From Thermoanaerobaculia bacterium (GTDB lineage: Bacteria > Acidobacteriota > Thermoanaerobaculia > UBA5066): DNA of 64,000 bases. Shown here piece by piece: positions 23,834 to 32,124 of this stretch. The translations under genes and the position numbers were made by a program. Position 1 is the stretch's first letter. Each line of letters starts with the position of its first letter. The stretch lies in NCBI GenBank assembly GCA_963809425.1, contig CAWEJK010000009.1, forward strand, positions 319,982 to 383,981, written 5' to 3'. The notes under the pieces are model-generated. The model was not told where the DNA came from, did no database searches, and saw only the letters and a list, made by a program, of their open reading frames with translations.

Positions 23834-26236
23834 TCAGGACGGAAACCCGACGCGCTTGATCAACGCTTCGAAGCGGGGGTCGGAACGGATCGGCTCCCAG
23901 CGCAGGTCCCGCTTGAGCCAGACGAGCCAGTGGGTTCGTTCCTCGACTGCCTTGTCCAGCCAGGCGAAGGCCTGATCCTTGTCGCCCAGCGCCGCATGAA
24001 CGAGAGCAACGGCGTAGGCGGTTACGTACTCTTTTTTCGACCGCGCCTCCAGGTTGGAGAGAACCTGGAGCGCTTCCTGGCGCTTGCCCTGGATCCCGTA
24101 GACATACCCGATTCCCGCGACCGTCGGCACCCACTCCTTGAGCGGTCCGGTCGCCTGGTATTCGGCGATGGCCTGGTCGTAAAGACCCTTCGCCTGATAG
24201 ACCCGCCCGAGAAAGAGATGCGCGGGCGGGTACTGGGGGTTCATTTCGAGGGCCTTTCGCAATTCCTCCGCCGCCTGGTCCTGCTCGTGGCTGTAATGAA
24301 GAAGGAAACCCATGTCCGACTCGATCGGGACGGAGAGGGGATCGAGCTCGTGCGCTCGCTGGATCTGGGCGCGTGCTTCGGGAAGGCGCCCGGTCGCAGT
24401 CAAGAGGTAGGCGTACCAGTCGTGGGCCGTCGCGTAGTTTGAATTCAGCTCGATGGCTCGCCGAAATTCGCTTTCGGCTCCGGCCCAGTCCCAGTCGAAA
24501 TAGAACTTGACGTAGGCGAGCGACGCGTGCGGCTCGGCGAGCGTGGCATCGATCTCGAGCGCCCTCTCAGCGGCCGATCGCGCCTTGGGAAAAACCTCTC
24601 GGGGCGCGAGAAGGCTCAAGTAGCCGAGCTGAGTGTAGGAGTCGGCGATCCCCGAGTACGCCACCGCATAGGCCGGATCGACGTCCAGGGCCTGCTGGAA
24701 GAACCCGATCGCTTTCTTCAGGTCTTCGCCGCCGCGCTTATTCCAGAAATACCGCCCCTTCACATAGGCCTCGAAAGCGGCCGGGTCGACGCTCCTGGTC
24801 TTCGCGAGCTGCACCAGCTCCGGTGAAGCCAGCTCGAGCCGGCCGGCGCGGGCGATCGCCCCCGCAATTTCACTTTCCAGGGCGACCACGTCGCCGAGGT
24901 CGCGCTCGTACGTCTGAGCCCAGAGGTGCTTGTCCGACGCTCCGTCGATGAGCTGGGCCGTCACGCGGACCTTCCCGTCCGCGCGCGAGACCGATCCCTC
25001 CACGACCGCCTCGACGCCGAGCTCCTTTGCGATCTCGGGCAGTCGTTTTTTCGTGTCGCGGTACGACATGACTGAAGTTCGGGAGGTGACGCGGAGCCCG
25101 CTGATTCGGCCGAGACGGCCGATCAGCTCTTCGGTAATACCGTCGGCGAAATACTCCTGGCTCGGGTCACCCGAAAGATTCTGAAGGGGAAGCACGGCGA
25201 CCGATCGGATAGCGGCGCCCTTCCCACCGCCAGTCAGGCGGTTTCGCAATCCGCCGATGTCGAAGATGGCAAAGAGCGCAACGGCCAGGACGATTACGCC
25301 CGCTGCGATGGCGGCAGCCCGACCGCGGCGCACCGCCGGTCCCGCCGTCGCGACGCCGGACATCTGAATCGCCGAAGCCGACGTCGACGCAATCTCGCGG
25401 AGCGCGTAGGTCAGATCGCGGGTCGACTGAAACCTCTCGTCAGGGGCCTTCTCCAGGCAGCGCGTGATGACGCGCGCGAGCGCGAGCGGGATCGTCTTCC
25501 CCGATTCCGCGAGATCCGGCGGTGACTCCTTGAGGATGGCCGCCATCGTGTCGGCGCTGGTCTTGCCCGGGAACGCCCGCCTGCCTGTCACCATCTCGTA
25601 GAGCACGGATCCGAACGAGAAAATGTCGCTCCGCGGGTCCACCGGAAGCCCGCGGACCTGCTCGGGAGACATATAGGTGGCCGTCCCCATGACCGTTCCG
25701 GGCTCCGTCGCCGTTACCGTCGCGAGAGCGCTTTCGGCCCCGACGGCGGCATCCGGCTCGTGCCGCGCCAGACCGAAATCGAGAATCTTCACGCGCCCGT
25801 CCTCGGTCAGAAAGACGTTCTCGGGCTTCAGGTCGCGGTGGACGATGCCCCGCGCATGTGCCGCCGCGAGCCCATCGGCGATCGAAATGGCGATCTCCGT
25901 CGCCTTGCGCCACGCGAGGGACTCCCGATCGAGGCGAGCGCGCAGCGTCTCACCGCGGAGGAGCTCAGTGACCGAGTAGCAAACGTCGCCTTCGATCCCA
26001 AAGTCGTGGATCGCAAGGATGTTCGGATGGGACAGTGCCGCGACTGCGCGTGCTTCGCGTTCGAAGCGGGCGATCGCCGCCGAGTCCGAGATGAGATGCT
26101 CGCGGAGCACCTTGACGGCGACCTCACGGCCGAGACGCGTGTCACGCGCCCGGTAGATGGTGCCCATTCCCCCTGAGCCCAGCTCGCCGAGAACCTCATA
26201 GGGCCCGAACCGAGCGCCTGCGGGCAACAATTCCAA
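23834..26236 (-). CDS. Ser/Thr protein kinase with TM segment, TolB-N-like periplasmic module and C-terminal TPR repeats
   Basis: Hanks kinase motifs are present (GSGGMGTIYRA, VAVKVL, HRDLKPENVFL, DFGLAR, GTATYMSPEQ). A TM helix (AAIAAGVIVLAVALFAIF) and TPR-like C-terminal repeats follow. The start is assigned to the TTG at 26236 (LELLPAGARFGPYEV); the upstream ~175 codons of the ORF are junk. Confidence 0.8.
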   Translation of the reverse strand: MELLPAGARFGPYEVLGELGSGGMGTIYRARDTRLGREVAVKVLREHLISDSAAIARFEREARAVAALSHPNILAIHDFGIEGDVCYSVTELLRGETLRARLDRESLAWRKATEIAISIADGLAAAHARGIVHRDLKPENVFLTEDGRVKILDFGLARHEPDAAVGAESALATVTATEPGTVMGTATYMSPEQVRGLPVDPRSDIFSFGSVLYEMVTGRRAFPGKTSADTMAAILKESPPDLAESGKTIPLALARVITRCLEKAPDERFQSTRDLTYALREIASTSASAIQMSGVATAGPAVRRGRAAAIAAGVIVLAVALFAIFDIGGLRNRLTGGGKGAAIRSVAVLPLQNLSGDPSQEYFADGITEELIGRLGRISGLRVTSRTSVMSYRDTKKRLPEIAKELGVEAVVEGSVSRADGKVRVTAQLIDGASDKHLWAQTYERDLGDVVALESEIAGAIARAGRLELASPELVQLAKTRSVDPAAFEAYVKGRYFWNKRGGEDLKKAIGFFQQALDVDPAYAVAYSGIADSYTQLGYLSLLAPREVFPKARSAAERALEIDATLAEPHASLAYVKFYFDWDWAGAESEFRRAIELNSNYATAHDWYAYLLTATGRLPEARAQIQRAHELDPLSVPIESDMGFLLHYSHEQDQAAEELRKALEMNPQYPPAHLFLGRVYQAKGLYDQAIAEYQATGPLKEWVPTVAGIGYVYGIQGKRQEALQVLSNLEARSKKEYVTAYAVALVHAALGDKDQAFAWLDKAVEERTHWLVWLKRDLRWEPIRSDPRFEALIKRVGFPS

Positions 26237-26259
26237 ATCCTGAAGGCATTCTACGCCGG

Positions 26260-26359
26260 TGCTAACCTCGCGCCCGCGAGCGCCATTCCGATCCGACTCG
26301 GCGGCGAGACGCTCCCGATGACCACGGAGCTGTTCGACAAAGACAACGTCCAGTCTTAA
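26260..26359 (+). pseudogene. Decayed ~100-bp duplicate of the hemN 5' end, including the TGCTAACCTCGCGCCCG motif
   Basis: 26260-26355 is ~90% identical to 28169-28265. The copy reads (A)SAIPIRLGGETLPMTTELFDKDNVQS then stops. The GTG start is mutated to GCG. Confidence 0.6.
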
Positions 26360-26423
26360 GGACGATTCGTCAATATTGCGTCCGGCACGATCCGTGCTGT
26401 ACGTCACAAAACCGGAGGCCCCG

Positions 26424-28064
26424 ATGAAGAACTCAACGGTTGCCGGCCTGGTGCTTCTCCTCGCCGCACCTGTCCAGGCGCAGACACCGAACGCCCCGCG
26501 CCCCGTGAAGGGCTCCGTCGAGGCCGTCGCCGCCGAGGTCGAAGTGCTCGTCGTCGACAGGAAGGGCACGCCGGTCGACGGCCTCACGAGGGACGACTTC
26601 AGGCTCTTCGTGAACGGCAAGGAGATGCCGCTCGACTGGTTCGAGGCGCCGCCGGCGCCGGGCGCTTCCGCGACGCCTTCCGTTCCCGTTGCTCCAGCCG
26701 CGGCGGCGGCTCCGCCGGCAACGGCGTCGACGCTTTCGTCCCGCGCCCACAGCACGGTCTTCGTCATCTCATCCCTCCACGTCGACGCGGGCGCCCAGAG
26801 AGCAGGCCTCGATGCCCTGCGCGCGTATGCGGACCGCCTGCCGGACGGCGAACAGGCCTCCGTCTATCTCCTGGACAACGGCGCTCGCCGCCTCGTGGGA
26901 TTCACGAGCGACCGCAAGGTGCTGAAGAAGGCGATCGAACGGCCGAAACGAATCCTTCCGTCGTCGTACGCCTTCGACGCGCGGGACGACGAGTGGGTCG
27001 GCCGCTCGCGCCAGATGCTTCGAAACCTCGGGACCGTTTTCGACGGCCTCGCGAGCCGGCCCGAATCGAAGACGGTCGTCATGCTCACGGGCCCGCTCTG
27101 GCCCACGGGAAACATCGTCCCGCCGAGCGGCGCGAGCCTTTTCAAGGGGTCGCACGCCGCCCCCGCGGGCGGCCCCAGGTCTTCGGCCAGCCCTCTCGAC
27201 ACGGCCGGCGCGGTCACGCATTACAGCAACCCGGTGACGACCCGAGGCGAGCGCCAGTGGAACTTCCTGGGGGAGGCCAGAGACCTCGAGAACCAGGCTT
27301 TCCTCGCGCGCGCCACGGTCGTCGCGCTCGACCCGAGCGGCATCCTCGCGCCGGCCGGACAGGCCGACTCGAAGGAGCCCGACAACCGGGACCTTCTCGC
27401 GGCGGGCGATTCGTGGGAGTTTCGGAACGACACGTTCGCCTTGATCGCGGAGGCGACGGGCGGCTCCCGCCTCGGGTTCTCGAACAAGCCCGTCGACCTC
27501 ATCCTCGGCGCGTCGCGCCTCCTCGCAAGGCGTTACCGCCTCGGCTTCACGCCGCCGGACGGGACGTCCGCGCGGCGGGACATCCGCGTGGAGATGGCGC
27601 GCCCCGGCCTCGTCGTGCGCACGGCGAGCGGCCAGCGCTCCCTGACGGCCGAGACCGCCGCGCGCGCGCGCTTCTCGGGACTCCTCCTTTCGTCGGATGC
27701 GCCCCAGGGTGACTTCACGATCGCGGTCGAGATGAAGTCCCGGGTCTCGAAACGCACGGACGACGCGCTCCCCTTCGACATCCTCGTGCCCGTTTCCGGC
27801 GTCTACGCCGAGGAGCGGGGCGAGAGCAGGCGGGCGGAGCTGGAGCTTCTCGTCTCGGCGGTCGACGGCGAGGGACGCGCCTCGGAGCCGATCGTCATCC
27901 CGTTCTCCGTCGAGCTCGACACGGCGGCGGCCCGGGACGGCGCCTTCTTCCGCAAGGACTCGAGCTTCAGCATCGACAAGCGCTGGAAGGGGCGCCTGTT
28001 CGTCGGCGTGCGCGACACGGCCACGAACCGCCTCGGGGCGGTCGCGATGCCGATCGGAGGCTGA
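26424..28064 (+). CDS. Secreted VWA-domain protein (paralog of 59848..61482)
   Basis: A GGAGG ribosome-binding site lies 6 nt before the ATG at 26424. Signal peptide is MKNSTVAGLVLLLAAPVQAQ. The protein shares a VDG(K/L)...F(V/F)... VWA-like core and a conserved C-terminal block (...DTATNR(L/I)G...) with 59848..61482. Confidence 0.5.
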   Translation: MKNSTVAGLVLLLAAPVQAQTPNAPRPVKGSVEAVAAEVEVLVVDRKGTPVDGLTRDDFRLFVNGKEMPLDWFEAPPAPGASATPSVPVAPAAAAAPPATASTLSSRAHSTVFVISSLHVDAGAQRAGLDALRAYADRLPDGEQASVYLLDNGARRLVGFTSDRKVLKKAIERPKRILPSSYAFDARDDEWVGRSRQMLRNLGTVFDGLASRPESKTVVMLTGPLWPTGNIVPPSGASLFKGSHAAPAGGPRSSASPLDTAGAVTHYSNPVTTRGERQWNFLGEARDLENQAFLARATVVALDPSGILAPAGQADSKEPDNRDLLAAGDSWEFRNDTFALIAEATGGSRLGFSNKPVDLILGASRLLARRYRLGFTPPDGTSARRDIRVEMARPGLVVRTASGQRSLTAETAARARFSGLLLSSDAPQGDFTIAVEMKSRVSKRTDDALPFDILVPVSGVYAEERGESRRAELELLVSAVDGEGRASEPIVIPFSVELDTAAARDGAFFRKDSSFSIDKRWKGRLFVGVRDTATNRLGAVAMPIGG

Positions 28065-28168
28065 GGATGCGCGCTCGCGCCGCCGCGTGCCCGGGCGGTG
28101 ACGGTCCTCGAGTGAGCGCGGCCCCGACCTCCTGATGCAATTGAAGGACGAGACTCCGTCGCGACGAG

Positions 28169-28184
28169 TGCTAACCTCGCGCCC
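28169..28184 (+). promoter_or_regulatory. TGCTAACCTCGCGCCC motif immediately 5' of the hemN GTG start
   Basis: Same motif as 21363-21379 and 26260-26276. Confidence 0.3.
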
Positions 28185-29612
28185 GTGAGCGCCATACCGA
28201 TCCGTCTCGGCGGCGAGACGCTCCCGATGACCACGGAGCTGCTCGAGAAGTACAACGTCCAGGGTCCCCGCTACACGTCCTATCCGACGGCGCCCGAGTG
28301 GACCGACAAGGCCCCCGCGGACGCCGAGGCCGCCTGCGCGCGGGCGAACGCGAAGAAGTCGCCGGTCTCGCTGTACGTCCACCTCCCCTTCTGCGACGAG
28401 CAGTGCTGGTTCTGCGGCTGCTTCATGAAGGTCGTCCCGAAGCCCGATCGCGCCGGCGAGTCGCGCGACGAGATCGAGCCGTACCTCGCGGACCTCCACC
28501 GGGAGATCGAGGTCCTCGCCTCGCGCATCGACCGCTCGCGCCCCGTGAAGCAGATCCACTGGGGCGGCGGCACCCCCACGTACCTCTCGCCGCAGCAGGC
28601 GGACAGCCTCGCGACGCATCTCCTCGACACGTTCCGCCCCGCCGCGGACGCCGAAGTCTCGGTCGAGGTGGACCCGCGCGTGACGTCGAAGGAGCACCTC
28701 GCGGTCCTCCGCAGGCGCGGCTTCAACCGCGTCTCGATGGGCGTGCAGGACTTCGACCCCGAAGTGCAGGAGCTCGTGAACCGCGTCCAGCCCTTCGAGA
28801 TGACGAAGGCCCTCGTCGACGACGCGCGCGCCCTCGGCTACAGCTCCGTGAACCTCGACATGATCTACGGCCTCCCCGGCCAGAAACGCGCCGGGTTCGA
28901 GAAGAGCGTCGAGCAGATCCTCTCGCTGCGCCCGGACCGCGTCGCGATGTACTCCTACGCGCACGTCCCGTGGCTCAAGCGGCCCCAGCGCGTCCTCGCG
29001 GCGCACCTGCCGGAAGGCACCGAGAAGTTCGCGATCTTCGTCTCCGGCATCGAGCGCTTCGTCGCGGCGGGCTACGTCTACATCGGCATGGACCACTTCG
29101 CGCTGCCCCACGACGAGATCGTGAAGGCGCAGCGGGACCGCACGCTCCACCGCAATTTCCAGGGCTACACGACGCACGCGGGGTGCGACCTGTACGGGCT
29201 CGGCGTCTCGGCGATCGGCTCGATCGACGACATGTACGTCCAGAACACGAAGGACTACGCCGACTACCACCGGGCGACGGAGGAAGCGCGCTTCTCGACC
29301 GTGAAGGGCCACCGGTTGACGCCGGCCGATTTCCTGAGGCGGGACGTCATCACGCGGCTCCTCTGTCACTGCGTCATCGACAAGCGTGCGATCGAGCGTG
29401 CCTGGAGACTCTCCTCGTTCGACGAGACGTTCGCCTCGGCCGTGGCACGGCTCCCCGAATTCGTCCTGGACGGGATGGTCGCACTGACGCCCGACGAGAT
29501 CCGCGTGACGACGCTCGGGCGGATCTTCATCCGGAACGTCGCCATGCTGTTCGACGAGTACTTCGAGAAGAAGGCTCCGACGGCGCCGAAAATCTTCTCT
29601 CGTACCCTGTGA
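28185..29612 (+). CDS. hemN: Oxygen-independent coproporphyrinogen III oxidase (radical SAM)
   Basis: Family motifs YNVQGPRYTSYPTAPEW and the radical-SAM cysteines (LYVHLPFCDEQCWFCGC) are present; 475 aa. Confidence 0.9.
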   Translation: MSAIPIRLGGETLPMTTELLEKYNVQGPRYTSYPTAPEWTDKAPADAEAACARANAKKSPVSLYVHLPFCDEQCWFCGCFMKVVPKPDRAGESRDEIEPYLADLHREIEVLASRIDRSRPVKQIHWGGGTPTYLSPQQADSLATHLLDTFRPAADAEVSVEVDPRVTSKEHLAVLRRRGFNRVSMGVQDFDPEVQELVNRVQPFEMTKALVDDARALGYSSVNLDMIYGLPGQKRAGFEKSVEQILSLRPDRVAMYSYAHVPWLKRPQRVLAAHLPEGTEKFAIFVSGIERFVAAGYVYIGMDHFALPHDEIVKAQRDRTLHRNFQGYTTHAGCDLYGLGVSAIGSIDDMYVQNTKDYADYHRATEEARFSTVKGHRLTPADFLRRDVITRLLCHCVIDKRAIERAWRLSSFDETFASAVARLPEFVLDGMVALTPDEIRVTTLGRIFIRNVAMLFDEYFEKKAPTAPKIFSRTL

Positions 29613-29652
29613 GCGGTTCGGCAGGGGCGATATTGAATTTCTTAGAAGGCGA

Positions 29653-30639
29653 ATGAGCGACCGTCTCGGGGTTCTCCTCGTCCAGCTCGGCGGGCCCGCC
29701 TCCCGGGCCGAGCTTCGACCGTTTCTCTATGAGCTATTCGTAGACCCTGAAATCCTCGGAATCAAGTTCACCCCTCTGCGCCGCCTCGTCGCCTGGACGA
29801 TCGCGACGACGCGCGCGCCGAAGTCGGCCGCGATCTACGAGCGCATCGGATGGTCGCCGATCCGCCGCTGGTCCGAGACGCAGGCGCGCCTCCTCGAGGC
29901 CGAGCTCGCGAAGCGGTCTGCGGGAGCAGGCTCCCCGCCCGTCGTGCGGATCGGGATGACGTGCTCCTTTCCGTTCGTCGAGGACGCGCTCCTGGACCTC
30001 CGCAAGGAAGGCGCCACGCGCCTCCTCGTTCTGCCGCTCTATCCCCAGTACTCCGTGACGACGACGCGCGGGTCGTTCAACCGGGTGACGAGCGCCCTCG
30101 CGAAGCTCGGCTGGAGTCCCGAACGGACAAACGCGCCCGACGCCTGGTACGACGAGCCCGGCTTCGTCGCCGCGCACGTCGCCCGCATCCGCGCCGCGGC
30201 CGCCACGCTGCCCGACGCCGATCCGTCCCGGACGGTCGTGCTCTATTCCGCGCACTCGCTGCCGGTGAAGACGGTCGAGACGCAGAAGGACCCGTATCCC
30301 CGCCACATCGAGGCAACCGTGAGGGTGATCGACGCGGCGCTCGGGGGCCGCACCCGCTCGCGCCTCGGCTATCAGTCGAAGGTCGGCCCGGTGCCGTGGC
30401 TTGGACCGTCGACGCCCGAGGTCCTCGCGGAGCTCGCGAAGGACGGCGAGAAGCAGGTGCTCGTCGTGCCGGTCGCGTTCGTGTCCGATCACGTCGAGAC
30501 GCTTTACGAGATCCGCCTCCTCTTCGGGGGCGCGGCGGCGCGCCTCGGAATTCCCCACTACGTCGTCGCCGAAGGGCTCAACGACCACCCGGAGTTCATC
30601 CGGGGTCTCGCGGACGTCGTCCGGAAGGCGGCCCCGTGA
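29653..30639 (+). CDS. hemH: Ferrochelatase
   Basis: 328 aa with family motifs (GVLLVQLGGP, ...LPLYPQYS..., ...VPVAFVSDHVETL). Confidence 0.9.
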   Translation: MSDRLGVLLVQLGGPASRAELRPFLYELFVDPEILGIKFTPLRRLVAWTIATTRAPKSAAIYERIGWSPIRRWSETQARLLEAELAKRSAGAGSPPVVRIGMTCSFPFVEDALLDLRKEGATRLLVLPLYPQYSVTTTRGSFNRVTSALAKLGWSPERTNAPDAWYDEPGFVAAHVARIRAAAATLPDADPSRTVVLYSAHSLPVKTVETQKDPYPRHIEATVRVIDAALGGRTRSRLGYQSKVGPVPWLGPSTPEVLAELAKDGEKQVLVVPVAFVSDHVETLYEIRLLFGGAAARLGIPHYVVAEGLNDHPEFIRGLADVVRKAAP

Positions 30640-32048
30640 CGCGCGTCGTCGTCCTCGGGGGCGGGATCGCCGGCCTCACGGCCGCGTTCCGGCGGGCGGG
30701 CACGGGCGAGACGGTGGTCCTCGAGGCCGGGCCCCGCGCGGGGGGCTCGATCCGGACGATCCGGGAGGACGGATTCACCCTCGAGTGCGGACCGAACACG
30801 CTGCGCACGACGGAAGCCGCCGAGCGCCTCCTCGCCGATCTCGGCCTCGAGCCGGAGACCGTCAAGGCAGACGGCAAGGCTCCGCGGTGGATCGTGCGCG
30901 GCGGGTCGCCCCGCGCGGTCGTGCCCGGGCCGGCGGCGCTGTTCAACACGGTCTTCACGGCGAAAGGAAAGCTGCGCCTCCTCAAGGAGCCGTTCGTCGC
31001 GCCGAGGCCCGCGACTCTCGGCGACGAAAGCGTCCACTCGTTCTTCGCGCGCCGCTTCGGCGAGGAAGCCGCCCTCTACGGCGCGGGACCGATGGTCTCC
31101 GGGGTTTACGCGGGCGACCCGCGCGCGCTTTCGATCCGCTCGGCGTTTCCGCGCCTCTGGCTGGCGGAGGGAAGATCCGGAAGCGTCATAAGGGATTTTC
31201 TTAGAAGGAAAGAGAAGAAAGTAGATGCGCCGAAAGAAGGTGCAAAGGCCGGTCCGCAGCGCGCTCCGGCGCGCCATCGGGCTCGGACCCTGACGTTCGG
31301 GGGCGGCCTCTTCACCCTCATAGAAAGTCTTCAGACCCGCTTGAGCGCGCGACCCGGGTGCCGCCTCGAAACGAACGCGGGCGCAGTCGCGATCGAGGGT
31401 CCTTTCCCTTCCCCCGGCCCGCGCTGGCGCGTCCGCACGGCCGACGGCCGCGCCTTCGACGCGGATGTCCTCGTCTCGACGCTTTCGGCCCCTCAGACCG
31501 CGCGGCTCTTCGGCGACGTCCTGCCGCGCTCCGCCGCCTCCCTCGCCGCCGTGCCGTACTCCCCGGTGACGGTCGTCCTCGCGGCCTATCGGGCTCCGGC
31601 GTCGCCGGCCGACGCGCCGCGCGGGTTCGGCGGGCTCATCCCGCAGGTGGAGGGGTTCCGCTCCCTCGGAATCCTCTATCCCGCGTCGCTTTTCACGGGC
31701 CGGGCGCCCGAAGGCTTCGTGCTGACGACGTCGTTCCTCGGCGGCGCGCTCGACCGCGCGTTCGCGGGCGCGCCGGACGCCGATCTCCTCGCGGTGGCGG
31801 GCTCCGAAGTGGCCCGTTTCTTCCCGCGGCTCGGTCCGCCTTCGCGCTCGTGGATCGTGCGGTGGCCCGAGGCGATCCCGCAGATGCCGCTCGGCCATCA
31901 CCGCACGCTCGCGGCCCTCGACGCGGACCTCGCGGCCCTCGAGGCCGTGGCTCCCGGAGCACTTTTCGTGACGGGAGGCTTCCGCGACGGCATCGCGCTC
32001 GGCGAACGCATCGCGTGCGGCGAGGCGATCGGCATGGCGCTCACGTAG
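30636..32048 (+). CDS. hemY: Protoporphyrinogen oxidase (FAD, HemY-type)
   Basis: The GTG at 30636 overlaps the hemH TGA stop (GTGA). The FAD fold motif VVVLGGGIAGLTAAF is present. The upstream part of ORF 29850..32048 is junk. A K/E-rich stretch (RRKEKKVDAPKEGAKAG) is encoded by a polypurine tract at 31187-31245. Confidence 0.85.
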   Translation: MTRVVVLGGGIAGLTAAFRRAGTGETVVLEAGPRAGGSIRTIREDGFTLECGPNTLRTTEAAERLLADLGLEPETVKADGKAPRWIVRGGSPRAVVPGPAALFNTVFTAKGKLRLLKEPFVAPRPATLGDESVHSFFARRFGEEAALYGAGPMVSGVYAGDPRALSIRSAFPRLWLAEGRSGSVIRDFLRRKEKKVDAPKEGAKAGPQRAPARHRARTLTFGGGLFTLIESLQTRLSARPGCRLETNAGAVAIEGPFPSPGPRWRVRTADGRAFDADVLVSTLSAPQTARLFGDVLPRSAASLAAVPYSPVTVVLAAYRAPASPADAPRGFGGLIPQVEGFRSLGILYPASLFTGRAPEGFVLTTSFLGGALDRAFAGAPDADLLAVAGSEVARFFPRLGPPSRSWIVRWPEAIPQMPLGHHRTLAALDADLAALEAVAPGALFVTGGFRDGIALGERIACGEAIGMALT

Positions 32049-32054
32049 GATCCC

Positions 32055-32124
32055 GAGAGCAGGAAGCAGGAAAGAAAGAGGAAAAGAAAGAAAGACAAAG
32101 ATGCTTAGAAAGGAAAGAGGGAGG
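32055..32124. repeat. Polypurine tract (~70 nt, about 90% A/G on the plus strand) containing GATGCTTAGAAAGGAAAGAGGG
   Basis: Sequence AGAGCAGGAAGCAGGAAAGAAAGAGGAAAAGAAAGAAAGACAAAGATGCTTAGAAAGGAAAGAGGGAGG. It is related to the tracts at 18214-18262, 31187-31245, 55545-55600 and 44225-44250. Confidence 0.6.

Noticed and set aside
31187-31245. Claim that the K/E-rich segment of HemY is a mobile-element insertion
   Set aside because: HemY/PPO proteins often have a native charged loop at this position. The nucleotide motif match (GATTTTCTTAGAAGGAAAGAGAAG) is suggestive, but the protein-level insertion cannot be established without ortholog alignment; it is retained only as part of the tract-family finding.
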